Shown: positions 25,426-38,612, counted from the first letter of the stretch. The stretch: 64,000 bases of DNA from Octopus sinensis (GCF_006345805.1 NC_042997.1:189224001-189288000); one strand, 5' to 3'. Numbers and translations are program-made. The notes: generated by a model not told the origin, from the letters alone.

Positions 25426-25869
25426 AGTATTTAAAGTGGATGCATGTGCAGATTCTTATACAGTTCCAGTGCTGGCTTGGATCTATAGTCTTCGAATCTG
25501 CTTTCTCTTTTCTGGTCTTTTGAAGCCCAATTTCTCGAAATTGGTTCTTAGGTAGTGTAATACATATCAAAGAGCCTCAATAATTACAGGTATAAACCTG
25601 AACTTGTGATCTGGGTAGATTGACTGTAAATTTCTCAATAGTTCAGTGTAGGAATTTTCTTTTTCGCTCAACTTTAGCTGTTTGTTAACATCTGCTCGGC
25701 AGCTGATTTCTACTACTGTACACAGTTTCTCTTCTCTATCCCAAATCGCAATGCCAGGTCTGTTGTGTTTACATTTTATTGAGGTTTTTATTGGGACATT
25801 CTACCAGTATTCCTTATAATGAGTGGCTATGGCTTCAGCCATACTGTGGGTTCTTTTTCATTGCAGTCA
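25426..25869 (-). mobile_element. Dong/R4 fragment covering the endonuclease domain
   Basis: KEYW*NVPIKTSIKCKHNRPGIAIWDREEKLCTVVEISC...YPDHKFRFIPVII is a decayed PD-(D/E)xK RLE with in-frame stops. Confidence 0.85.
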
Positions 25870-25895
25870 GTATGCATGTATGTATGTATGTATGT

Positions 25896-26595
25896 CTCTT
25901 CCATTTTTTAATTATTATAATTCTTCCACTGAGGAGGGAGCCGGTTTCCAACAAAGATACAAGGCTCCATTTTTGGGATGTAGTCAACACAGACAAATTC
26001 ACATTTGGAACTTGAGAAAAGTCTTGCATATTTTTACTGTCCCATCACAGATTGCACTTGTACGAATTAGCCAGTCGATTTCTCTGTGAAAATCTCAGTT
26101 TATCCAGATTCTCCTTTAAGCATTTACTAATAAAACCTAGTGCTCCAATTATTATTGGTATGACTATGAATTCGTAGTCTGGATATAGAAGTTGGAGGTT
26201 TCAAAGCAGTTGTCCATAGATATCCTCTGTGATGGTACATACCTTTGCCCCTCTGTCCTAAACAACAATATCCGGCCTGTTATGTTTACATTTGACAGAA
26301 GTTTTGATGAGAATATTTCACCGGTATTCCTTGATTTGGTTTTATGAATGTATTCCATAACAGAGGGATTTTTAAAGTATATTTCAGGACAGTCTTTTTT
26401 GCGGATGGTTTTGTAAATTGTTTTGGCAACAACATCGTGTCGCATAGGGAGGTAGCACCGTGACGACATTTTAGGACAGCTGCTAATCACACGCGTGATG
26501 TCTTCCACAAAGACATGACATAGCCTACACATGCAGTTGCACCTTAGGATTACAAGAGCATCATTGTCTCTCGTGTTCACCAGGTACTTTGTGAG
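25896..26595 (-). mobile_element. Dong/R4 fragment: zinc knuckle, RHD motif, internally deleted RLE, C-terminus and 3' UTR
   Basis: CRLCHVFVEDITRVISSCPKMSSRCYLPMRHDVVAKTIY...PDYEFIVIPIIIGALG...TVKICKTFLKFQM*. Flanked by TATG tracts at 25870-25895 and 26595-26680. Confidence 0.9.
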
Positions 26596-26994
26596 TATGT
26601 ATGTATGTATGTATGTATGTATGTATGTATGTATGTATGTATGTATGTATGTATGTATGTATGTATGTATGTATGTATGTCGCTACCTTAATATTTTGTC
26701 AAGGGCACTAGCGTCATGAGCAAAAGCATTTCCAACAGGTAATTGAAACCAGCCAGAAAACTCATTTCATCGGTCACTCACCACTGCTTTGAAATGAAAC
26801 ACACACATACACGCGCACGCACGCACCACACACACACACACATAAAGAAATACATACATACAAACAAAAACATACTAAGAATCACATAAACACAGATATT
26901 TATTTGTGTAAACACAAACTCAAACAACAATATATTAAGTACTCTTTCTCTCGTTTTGCATCTCGAAATGCTTGAATGTGTGTGCGTGTACGTA

Positions 26995-27040
26995 CGTATG
27001 TATGCATATATGTATGCACACACACACATATATATATATT

Positions 27041-27098
<58 letters not shown>

Positions 27099-27201
27099 GC
27101 ACAACATATATATACTATATATGTATATGTATATATATATAGAATATATATATATATTATATATATATATATACACGACACACAATATATATACATATAT
27201 A

Positions 27202-27249
<48 letters not shown>

Positions 27250-27500
27250 TATATTATATACGCACACACATATATATACATATATATTGTATAGTGTATA
27301 TATATAATATATATAATATATAATATATATATATATATATATATTATATACGCACACACATAATACATATATATGTATATGTAATATATATAATATATAT
27401 ATATATATATTATATATTATATATATATATATACGCACACACATATATGCATGCCATATATATATATACAAGCATATACGCATACACATGCAGATATATT
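26995..27500. repeat. Degenerate (TA)n tract
   Basis: Directly visible. Confidence 0.95.
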
Positions 27501-27959
27501 CATGGTAAACAATTTTGTTAACCGAAGTATGCTGAAACGATAAGCAATGCCAAGAGAGAAAGAAAAATAAAGACGGGAACAAAACAAGAGGTAAAAAAAA
27601 AAATGTAAATAATGTAAATAGCCAAAAAAAAAAAAAAGAAAGAAAAAAAGCGAACAGAAATTAAAAAAGAATATGACAACGAAAGATATTCAGTTAAGTA
27701 AGAATGCCAGAAACCTTGAAATACGGATGCGTGCGTTTATGTGCGTTTATGTGCGTTTGTGTGTGCACTTGTGTGTGCGTGCGTGCGTTTATGTGTGTGT
27801 GTGTGTGTGTGCGTTTATGTGTGTGTGTGCGTGTGTGTGTGTGTGTTCTAATCTATGTAAAGCTGGTTTACGATTCCTTGCTCTTCGTTTTTTTTTTGTT
27901 ATTTTGTTATAACTTGCACTAGCAACATGGACAGTTCTACGTAAGAGAACAACAGCAAT

Positions 27960-27960
27960 T

Positions 27961-27996
<36 letters not shown>

Positions 27997-28031
27997 CTGC
28001 ACTACTACTACTACTACTACTACTACTACCA

Positions 28032-28068
<37 letters not shown>

Positions 28069-28086
28069 CAGTACCACCAGCACCAG

Positions 28087-28117
<31 letters not shown>

Positions 28118-28159
28118 AGCACCGTCACCACCACCACTACTATCACTACTACAACTACA

Positions 28160-28227
<68 letters not shown>

Positions 28228-28334
28228 CATCACCACTATCACCACCACCATCACCACTACCACCATCACCACTACCACCATCAACACCATCACCACTACA
28301 ACACAACAACAACGACGACACGACGACGACGACG

Positions 28335-28414
<80 letters not shown>

Positions 28415-28722
28415 AGTTGCTGCTGCAATTGCTCTCGTTATTGTTGGTGGTGGTACAGTAACAGTTAAACAAGCTGAAGAACTAAGTAAGAGCCGGAATA
28501 ACAGCAACAGCAACAATAACAACAACCTCCACCTCCTCCTCCTCCTCCTCCTCATCATCATCATCACTATCATCATCATCATCATCATCATCATCGTCAT
28601 CTTCATTTCCAGCAACAACAACGGCAACAACATCAACAAACGATAACCGCATCTTCAAGACCAACAGCAGAAATAACTACTACAACAAGGACGAGAGCAA
28701 CAAGAGCAACAGCACCAATAAA

Positions 28723-28755
<33 letters not shown>

Positions 28756-28835
28756 ATGCACATTAAACAACAACAATAACCACAGCAATAACAGCAGTAG
28801 CAGCAGTAGCCGTAGCAGCAGCAGCAGCAGCATTG
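27960..28835. repeat. Mosaic trinucleotide repeat tract (TAC, CAC, CAT, CAG, CAA, GAC, CTC)
   Basis: Directly visible; blocks change by single substitutions. Confidence 0.95.
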
Positions 28836-29358
28836 ACAGCGAGGATAGAAGATACAATAACAAAACCAACAAAAAAAAAAAAGCAATGGCGAACGTCAAT
28901 ACGGACAATTTATTAATAAATGTAACTTATTTCTTGTTAAGTTGTTGTTTATATTGTACTCCAAAAGTTATCAGAATTTTAATATGGCCGCAGGGCTTCC
29001 TATCTCAATGCAAAGAGTTTACAAAGTAAAAACTCTTTGCATTTCATGCAACCGCATCTTCACAGGCACACGCACGCACCGAACACACACACACACACCA
29101 CACACACACACATGCACGTACACACTCATGCGCACAAGCACAAATATATATATGAGTTAAGATATTTACTCGTGAGTATACATACATACATATATACATA
29201 TATATATATACATAAAGTCCGTTTCCATGTTTTTCTTTTTATGCTTTCGTTTCTCATTGTGTTCAACGTATTTTTGTTGTCCTGTACCCATATATGCATG
29301 TATATACATATAGATGTAGGTATGTACATATATGTATGTATATATATTATTTTGTTAG

Positions 29359-29410
<52 letters not shown>

Positions 29411-29492
29411 TAATGCAATACGAGAGTATTGCTTTCCAGTAAAGAATAGCCCGTGAGGGAAAATTATACATAGAAGTAAATATATTTACTTC

Positions 29493-29535
<43 letters not shown>

Positions 29536-29686
29536 CGTAATTGAAAGTTCATAAACCAGATAGATAAAGTATGGAAAATATGTAAATGGATTTTCGTATG
29601 CATAAACACACATGCAAATATACTTAAGTATCTATACAAACACACATGTACTATACCCTCAATATCATATCCTATCATATCAAATC

Positions 29687-29762
<76 letters not shown>

Positions 29763-29992
29763 GTGATACACGATCCCTATTGATTGTTTTTTCTTTTTAC
29801 TTTCTTTTTTTTCCCGATCCCTTTTGATCGAAAACCTACCTCCCCCTTTTTTTTCTCCCCAAAAGAAAAGCTCTACTTTGTAATTGTCCCCTGTGTGGCT
29901 AATAGAGAAACATATCTATCTATAGGCATTCTGTATAGTAGTAGTGGTAGTAGTAAGTAGTAGTTAATGCTGTTCTCTTACGTAGAACTATA

Positions 29993-30044
<52 letters not shown>

Positions 30045-30266
30045 CACACACTCACATACATACAAACACAAACACGCGTACATAGGTATGTCATTATGTA
30101 TGCGCTTGTATATATATATATACACACATATGAAGTTGGTAACGTGCTTAGTGCATAGTGCATGTAAGGAAAGGATCAAGAAACGGACGGAAAATGGCCG
30201 AACAGATAGATATGAAGTGCGAATAAAGCAGACCAACACAAAGTATGTGTATTTTATAAACACACG

Positions 30267-30337
<71 letters not shown>

Positions 30338-30490
30338 ACACACACACCCGCGAGAGCGTATGTGTGCGCGCGTGTGTATGCGTATATGGATGTGAGAGAG
30401 TGGAGCAAGTTAAGAAACTGAGAAAAAAGAGAGTAAGCTATAAACGGGGGAACACACAACCCCTCTCGCCATCTCTGTGTGCGTGTGAGC

Positions 30491-30527
<37 letters not shown>

Positions 30528-30678
30528 TATATATATTAATAATATATAATAATATATAATTATATGCATATATGCATACATATATATACAGTACATATAT
30601 GTATGTATACATGTATATTTATTATATATTTTGTATTATTATATGATCGAACGCCACGCATACTTTTCCAAGTAAGTT

Positions 30679-30757
<79 letters not shown>

Positions 30758-31309
30758 CCTATCTATCTATCTATCTATCTACCTATCTATCTATCTATCT
30801 ATCTATCTATCTGTGTAAAGAGAACCCTGGAGGAAGAAAGAGAGAGAGAGAGAGAGAGAAAGAGAGAGGGAGAGAAAAAGAAAGAGAGATAGAGAAGAGA
30901 GATCTAACAATTTTGGTTAAGACTTACATACTTATAGGTACATGGAATAAAATGTTGATAGAGAGAAAAAGAAAAAAAAACATGATATAAATAAATCGAT
31001 AGTCCAATAAATAAAAGGATAGAGAAAGGGAGAGAAGTTGAGAAAAGTGAGTGGGAGGAGAGAGAGAGAGAGAGAGACAGAGAGTTAAAAGAGGTAGAGT
31101 GAAAAGCATGTCGAAAGAATGAATTTCAAATAAAAGATCACAGAACTTCAAAGGATATTTGAAGCTTTATCTTGAGAACGGAATATTTTTGCTGGAGATA
31201 GAAGGGATGAAAGGAAATTATAGGATCCAGTTCAAGAGCACCATGGAACAAATATTGAATATCGTTAGACATGTATAGATCTGCTGGTACAGTGTCCTAG
31301 CTTCTCAAA

Positions 31310-31990
31310 TAGTGACCCAGCTATATTTGTCTACATAGGTTGACCCAGCCATATTTTTTTACATAAATTGACCCAGCTATATATGTACATAGGTTGACCT
31401 AGCCGTATTTCTACTTAGATTGACCCAGCTATATATCTGTAGAAATTGATCCAGCTATATATCTAAATAGATTGATTCAGCAATATTTCTACCCAGATTG
31501 GCCCAGCTATATATCTACATATTTCTACGTAGATTGACCCAGCTATTTTTCTGTAGAGATTGATCCAGCTATATATATCTACATAGATTGACCCAGCTAT
31601 ATATCTATATAGATTGACTCAGCAATATTTCTACATAGATTGGCCCAGCTACATATCTACATAGGTTGATCCAGCCATATTTCTACATAAACCGATCCAG
31701 CTATATTTCTGTAGAACGATCCAGATATATTTCAACGAAGATTTACTGAACCACATAACCACATAGATTGTCCTAGCTATACGAGGTAAGTTCATAAAGT
31801 ATCCGTCTGTACTATAGGCGTAACGGACGAGATCTGACGCGGCCCCCTGGTGCGAAAACTTTCACACATGCACAGGAAGGTTGACGTCACCTCCTACCCA
31901 AACGATTTTGCGCGCACAGCATTAGTTTTGGCGGGAAAAAATCGAATCGTATATTTTTGAACGTACCTTGTACATATCTACATAGATTCA
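31310..31990. repeat. 26-bp minisatellite (attgacccagctatatatctacatag), about 18 units, interrupted by a MITE
   Basis: Units visible at 31310-31780, with one more after 31972. Confidence 0.9.
31782..31970. mobile_element. Tc1/mariner-type MITE, 189 bp, TA TSD
   Basis: Left ta|cgaggtaagttcataaagtat versus reverse complement of the right end ta|caaggtacgttcaaaaatat. Confidence 0.8.
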
Positions 31991-32429
31991 CACAACCACA
32001 AAGAACGAAAGACAAGTTTGATGTTGGCTGGATTTGAAGTCGAAGCCTGGAGCAACAAAATCAAATATAACTTTATGCTCTATCATTCTGATCTCTTTCC
32101 TTCCCTCATTTGCTTAAATATTATCTGAAAATCCTTTCTTTCAACTATGATTATATATCTAAAGGTATATATCTCTGATGTAGCCTTTAATATAGACAAG
32201 TTTGAGTATTTATATATCACTGAGAGGAACACAAAACTTGAAGTGCAGGAAAAAATACAATCAATAACACAATCGCCATCGTCGTCGTCATCCCCCTCCT
32301 TCTCCTCCTTCCTCCTCCTCCTCCTTCCCACCATCATCATCATTCGACATGGTTGAACAATTAATCCTAACCAATTGGGATTAATAGTATAGGTTGTACT
32401 ATTCACCCTTCCGATCACTCAATGCAAAT

Positions 32430-32870
32430 GTAGCCAAGCAAAATACTTAGTAGTACTTCGCCCGTCTTTACGTTCTGAGTTCAAATTCCGCCGAGGTCGA
32501 CTTTGCTTTTCATCCTTTCGGGGTCGATTAAATAAGTACCAGTTACGCACTGGGATCAATGTAATCAACTGGAATTTTTTTAAGTCGGTGAAACATCGTT
32601 ATGAAGATCTATCTATATAATACGTGAAATTTTGAAATTTCTACAAGTCATGGTAGTTATTATTCTTTTCTACTCTAGACACAAGGCCCGAAATTTTTGA
32701 GGAGGGGCCATTCGATTAGCTCGACCCTAGTACTCAACTAGTACTTAATTTATCGACCCCGAAAGGATGAAAGGCAAAGTCGACCTCGGCGAAATTTGAA
32801 CTCAGAACGTAAAGACGAAATACCGCTAAGCATTTTGTCTAGCGTGCTAACGTTTCTGCCAGCTAGCCGA
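32430..32870. mobile_element. Two SINE-A copies, tail to tail (+ 32430-32570; - 32664-32870)
   Basis: Family A body present on both strands. Confidence 0.8.
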
Positions 32871-33257
32871 CTTATCGTAGTTATCATTATTGTTGTTGTT
32901 GTGTTTGATGAACAGACGTGTCTAACACGGCTCCGGACACGATCTATGTTTAGTACGTATAAATTGGTTGAAAGCAATTTTTTTTGGTCTCAGTTTTAGA
33001 AATTTGTGATTTCTGAAACATTTTTTTAATAGTTTATATTTTTGTAAACATTATTTACTCGTGCTTTAATATAGCTTCTTGTAGAGGAGCAAGAAGAGGT
33101 ATAAGCCTTAAAATTGGTGGTAGTCAAGGGGTCACCCGAAATTTTGGTAAAAATTGTTCGGAAGGAAAATAAGCAATATTTGACAATTGCGTAGACAAGC
33201 ATTTTAAAAACAGTCAGTTATACTTCAGGAAACACAAGTGGCAAAACCGTAAATTCT

Positions 33258-33336
<79 letters not shown>

Positions 33337-33829
33337 AGAAAAGACTATAACTGTAATTATTTGTTTGCGATCGTTTTTATCCAGAAAGAAATTGATAATG
33401 AGGTCAGCTTCCAAAATAATGATGATAATAATAATAAAAAAAGGTAAGTTACTTAAAACTATGCCTCCTGGCCTGACGATTTTATCATAGAGGAATCAGA
33501 GACGAAAGAGAAGGTTTCATTATGTCCTAGAAGGGGTAGTTAGAGAACTCCCTGGCTGATAGACAGCAAGAATTATGCTCAGCATAGGGCAGATGGCAGT
33601 GTGTGTTTGTGTATTTAAAATTGAGGTCTTGGGTTTCGGCCTAATCTAAGCACGTGCCTGCCAATTGGGAAATGACAGCTAAAAGACGGAGCTTGCCCAT
33701 GATTGTCAGAATAAGTGAGGATCTTTGAGATTCCTCGATTCACTCTAAGTAGCTGCTTAGGAGTTTTTTTTTGGCTATCTATTGTTTTTGTTGTCTTCCT
33801 TTGTAACTTCTCTTCATGTGTTTTCATTC

Positions 33830-33972
33830 AGAGAGTTCAAATTCAGCCGAGGTCGATTTTGTCTTTCATCCTTTCGGGGTCGATTAAATAAGTACCAGTT
33901 ACGCACCGGCATCGATGTAATTGACTTAATCTCTTACCCCAAATTTAAGGCCTTGTGCTTCCAGTAAAAATA

Positions 33973-34028
<56 letters not shown>

Positions 34029-35015
34029 CATTATTGTTGTTGTTGTTGTTGTAGTAGTAGTAGTTGTTATTGCTGTTGCCCTCCCCGACATGACAACACC
34101 TACCATCTCCAAAACCACCACCACAACCATCAACACCATCATCATCAACATCATCATCATTAACATCATAAACCGTGTTGTGTTATTGTCATTGTTGTTA
34201 GTGTTGTTAGTACCGCCAAAGTAGTAATCTCTTAACGTTGTCAGGAGCGTGTAATTGGCTGACTATTTAAAAGAAAAGGAGCAAGAGAGAAAGAAAGAAA
34301 GAAAGAAAGAGAGAGAGTGAGAGAGGAAGTGAGTGAAATTGAAAGAAGGAGAAAGAGAGAATAAACGGGATCTGGTATCATAACAACCTCAATAATTGGA
34401 AACGAAATGTTACCCTGGATATTATGGAAGGGTTGAAGAGATCATAAATCGTATTTCACACTGGAAACGATTCAGTTTACAAACTTCTGATAGCTTTAAC
34501 GACTCTATAATGAGAACTGAAGACAGTTGTGCTGTGTGATGAAAAATTAATTAGTGCAAACAGCAAGGATTCCTGAAGATACAAATTGAAAGAGCAGCAG
34601 CAGCAGCAGCAGCAACGACAAAGGAAGCAACAACAATAACAACTATAGTTTCAAATACTGGCACAAGGCCAACACATTTGGGGGCAGAGGCTAAGTCGAT
34701 TACATCGACCCACCCCGAACAAACGAAAGGAAAAGTCGACCATTTTGGAATTTGAATTCAGAATGTAAAGACGGACGAAATGTCGCTAAGCATTTCACCC
34801 GGTGTGCTAATGATTCTGCCAGCTTTCCTCAATGAGCGCAGGGCCCGAAATTTTGGGGGCAGGGGCTGGTCGATAAGATCGACCCAGTGCTTAATTGGTG
34901 TTTATTTTATCGACCCCGAAAGGATGAAAGTAAAAGTCGACCTCGGTGGAATTTTAACTCAGAACGTAAAGACAGACGGCATACATTTTTCTTTACTACT
35001 CACAAGGGGCTAAAC
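33830..35015. mobile_element. SINE-A pieces (+ 33830-33970; - 34648-35015) around (ATT)n, (GTT)n, (CAT)n and (GAAA)n microsatellites
   Basis: Family A body motifs; visible simple repeats. Confidence 0.75.
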
Positions 35016-35227
35016 AATGCCGCAAAGCAGGAGGAAAATATGTCAAAAGTTGACTCTGGAGCTCAGCGCAGCCCAGCGATTCGCTGGACCGTTTCAAACT
35101 GTCTATTTCTTGCCGCCATGGAAAACGGATGTTAAATGATGATAATGATTACTCACACATATATACGAGCACCGCCAGCAATTTTTTTCCCTCTGTCTTC
35201 CCTTCTCGGGATCTTTCCTTCTCCTTT

Positions 35228-35262
35228 GTTTCCGATGAAGAGCTCCGCTCGAAACGTTAAAC
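35228..35262 (+). ncRNA. Minimal type I hammerhead motif, U4C variant, in family P element 35160-35372
   Basis: GUUU-CCGAUGA-A-GAGC-UCC-GCUC-GAAA-C-GUU-AAAC. Differs from the 9369 copy only at the free position 7. Confidence 0.6.
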
Positions 35263-35367
35263 CCTCCTTCCCTTCTTTCCTGAGCGTCCAATAATACTTT
35301 ATTTGTTCCACGTCCTCGCGTTGGTGTGTTTTTTTTTGTGTTTTTTTTTGTGTTTTCTTGTTTGGAT

Positions 35368-35438
<71 letters not shown>

Positions 35439-35871
35439 TATATATGTGTGTGTGTGTGTATGTATATATATATATATACAGTAGTACCTCGATTTACGAA
35501 CGCCTATGATCACAAATATATCGTGCTTTATATATATCAATATATATATTTATATACATATAGATACACACACACACATACACACATATATAATAGTGTA
35601 TGGAATATACACGGAGAGAAAACCACCATGTGGATTTCTTACATGCTAAAAATGGCAGTCAAAGCTCCAAACCAGGAAAAGACTTTCTAACATTAAAGCA
35701 CGTTGTATGCGAGCAAGACATTTGAGTGAATAAACATTTCGATTGACCTTATACCATGAGTTTCGCCGCTAATAACCAAATAAATCAACTAATAAGTTAA
35801 TTAATTGATTAATTAGTCATCCGTTGCTTGTCAGTAAGGTCGTTGTGAAATGCATAAATATGAGACTACAA

Positions 35872-36266
35872 TCTTTATATATAAAAGAAAGGTTGTGTGT
35901 CTGTCTCCTACGATTTAGATTCCTAACTACTCCCACATTTTGCGGTGCAGTGTATCCAAAAGCGGGTATCTTATAGTCGTGATTCATATCGAGCCCTTCT
36001 GGGTATTAGCGCGCGTCTACGATGAGTCTACGATTAAAAAAAAATTTACCATCATTTTTTCCCATTTTTTAATGCATTTTTTTGCTATTATATAAGGGAA
36101 GTAACTCTCTAAAAATGTATTATTAAATCTCAGAACGTAAAGAGCTACAGTAACACCCCCCTTTGTGGTTAGCCATATTGAGATGGCTATTATACTTTAC
36201 ATCTCTAAAAATGCTTATATAGTTATTTCCCTTACAAACCCGAGCAACGCCGGGCGATACTGCTAG
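35872..36266 (+). mobile_element. Non-autonomous Helitron
   Basis: A|TC 5' end (tctttatatataaaa), subterminal hairpin cccgagcaacgccggg, CTAG|T 3' end, no TSD. Confidence 0.85.
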
Positions 36267-36404
36267 TATGTAATAAAAATACGAAGTAAGCACATGCGCA
36301 TTCAGTTCCATCTTTATACATCAAAAATTCAAATCAAATGTTCTCAAACAGCGTGCAAGTATACATTTGAATTTATTCAACGTTATATACATATATAGAT
36401 ATTC

Positions 36405-36602
36405 ATTTATTCTTTTATTTGCTTCAGGCATTTGACTGCAGCCATGCTGGAGCACCGCCTTTAGTCGAACAAATCGACCCCAGGACTTATTCTTTGTAAG
36501 CCTAGTACTTATTCTACCGTTCTCTTTTTGCCGAACCACTAAGTTACGGGGACGTAAACACACCAGCGTCGGTTGTCACGCGATGGTGGGGAGACAAACA
36601 CA

Positions 36603-36610
<8 letters not shown>
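36405..36610 (-). mobile_element. SINE-C 3' half
   Basis: Homologous to 38405-38600. Confidence 0.8.
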
Positions 36611-36654
<44 letters not shown>

Positions 36655-36664
36655 ACACACACAT

Positions 36665-37260
36665 AGTGGCCAAACTAACAGCGGAGCTCGAAGCAGTCCA
36701 ATGACACTACACTAAAAAGATTGAAACTGTGCAGTGAATGAGCTACAGGGATAGGCTGAGAAAGCTACAACCTTACTCCCTGGAGTGAAGGCGTGAGAGA
36801 TATGCAATAATATACATATAGAAAATCCTAGAAGGGCTAGTACCTAAATTCAGTACTGAGTGTTATACAAATGCCAGAACTGGCCGCCATTGTATCGTAC
36901 CAAAAGTACCATCCCTTCCATTTAAATTCAAGACCAGGTACTGCAATAGTCTTGGGTTCAAAGACCCACAGCTCTTCAATGCCCTGCCACGAAAATTAAG
37001 ATCTCTGCTCAAGGTGGAAGTAGACGGGTTCAAAAAGGAACTAGACATCTTCCTCTCCACAATACCGAATGAATCAACAGTACGACATGAAGTGCAGACG
37101 AGGGCAGCGGAATCGAACTTCCTTATACGCTAAATGTACCAATAGCTGGAATAAAGGCACATACAGGAGTGGTGATGTGAAACACCCCAGACTGAGGAAA
37201 TCAGAAAGACCATGTGCTCCAGCATGATCACCGCCGCATCGCTGAAACGAGTAAAAGAGT
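36665..37260 (+). mobile_element. 5'-truncated CR1-clade LINE
   Basis: ELEAVQ*HYTKKI...SYRDRLRKLQPYSLE*RRERYAIIYI*KILEGLVP...RTGRHC...PQLFNALP...FKKELDIFLSTIP, with stops. 3' end resembles the SINE-C tail. Confidence 0.9.
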
Positions 37261-37407
37261 ACATACATACATAGATACATAGATACATACATACATACAT
37301 ACATACATACATGCGTGCATACATACATACATACATACATACATACATACATACATACATACATACATACATACACACACATACATACACACATATATAT
37401 ATATATG

Positions 37408-37446
<39 letters not shown>

Positions 37447-37553
37447 CACATGTATATACACATATATACATACATATGCACGGAAACGCATATATACACG
37501 CACACATATACACTGAAGCACATACATTTATATTTGTATATGTATTTATATAC

Positions 37554-37601
<48 letters not shown>

Positions 37602-38188
37602 CATACACATGCATGCATACACACATATATGAACATGCATACGCGCACATATGCTTGTGTGAGCATACACATCTAAAAGTACATTAAACATGAACCCAAT
37701 GTGTTATCCATAACGTCGCTGGTTAGAGGTTATTATCATTATATTACATGCTTAGGAATTCATAATGAAGATATGACGACGAGGAATCTTGTATTTATTT
37801 ACATTATCCAAATAGCTTTAGTTTGCAACATTCTCCGAGGCGCCTCGCTGTATTTGTTGATAAGATCTGTATGACGGTGGTCTTATGAGGGAGCTTTGTC
37901 AGTAACCATCCATGCGTCACCGTTTGTTGTTCCATAGGCAGCGGCACCAACTTTCGATAACATATTTCCTGTACATTGTTATAGAAGTTTTCGGTCGACA
38001 TTAACTGGGACTTCAAATAAGAAATTTCTTCTCCGCAAAATCTCGTTCTTACATAAACTGTAGACGTCTGAATGGATGCTTGTGTGTGTGTTACAGACAA
38101 AATATGAAGACAGAATTCCTCAATGTCTATAATATATTTTACTATGTCTACGATACATTTGATTTGGTGACTGAGTTATAAAATTGAC

Positions 38189-38352
38189 GGAGTGGCTGTG
38201 TGGTAAGTAGCTTGCTAACCAACTACATGGTTCCGGGTTCAGTCCCACTGCGTGGCATCTTGGGTAAGTGTCTTCTGCTATAGCCCCGGGCCGACCAATG
38301 CCTTGTGAGTGGATTTGGTAGACGGAAACTGAAAGAAGCCTGTCGTATATAT

Positions 38353-38388
<36 letters not shown>

Positions 38389-38612
38389 ATGTGTTTGTGT
38401 GTCTGTGTTTGTCCCCTTAGCATTGCTTGACAACCGATGCTGGTGTGTTTACGTCCCCGTCACTTAGCGGTTCGGCCAAAGAGACCGATAGAATAAGTAC
38501 TGGGCTTACAAAGAATAAGTCCCGGGGTCGATTTGCTCGACTGAAGGCGGTGCTCCAGCATGGCCGCAGTCAAATGACTGAAACAAGTAAAAGAGTAAAA
38601 GAAGAAAAGAGT
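38189..38612 (+). mobile_element. SINE family C, nearly full length, with internal (TA)n(TG)n
   Basis: tRNA-like head (tggctgtgtgg, gggttcagtccc), CORE-like cttgggtaagtgtctt, internal microsatellite, tail atggccgcagtcaaatgactgaaac then (gtaaaaga)n. Confidence 0.9.

Noticed and set aside
27899-28908. Long low-complexity ORFs (poly-V/S/L, or mucin-like poly-T on the + strand)
   Set aside because: Pure trinucleotide mosaic that is stop-free by composition; no splice or domain evidence.
31310-31780. CRISPR-like regular repeats
   Set aside because: Contiguous tandem units without unique spacers, eukaryotic context, no cas genes.
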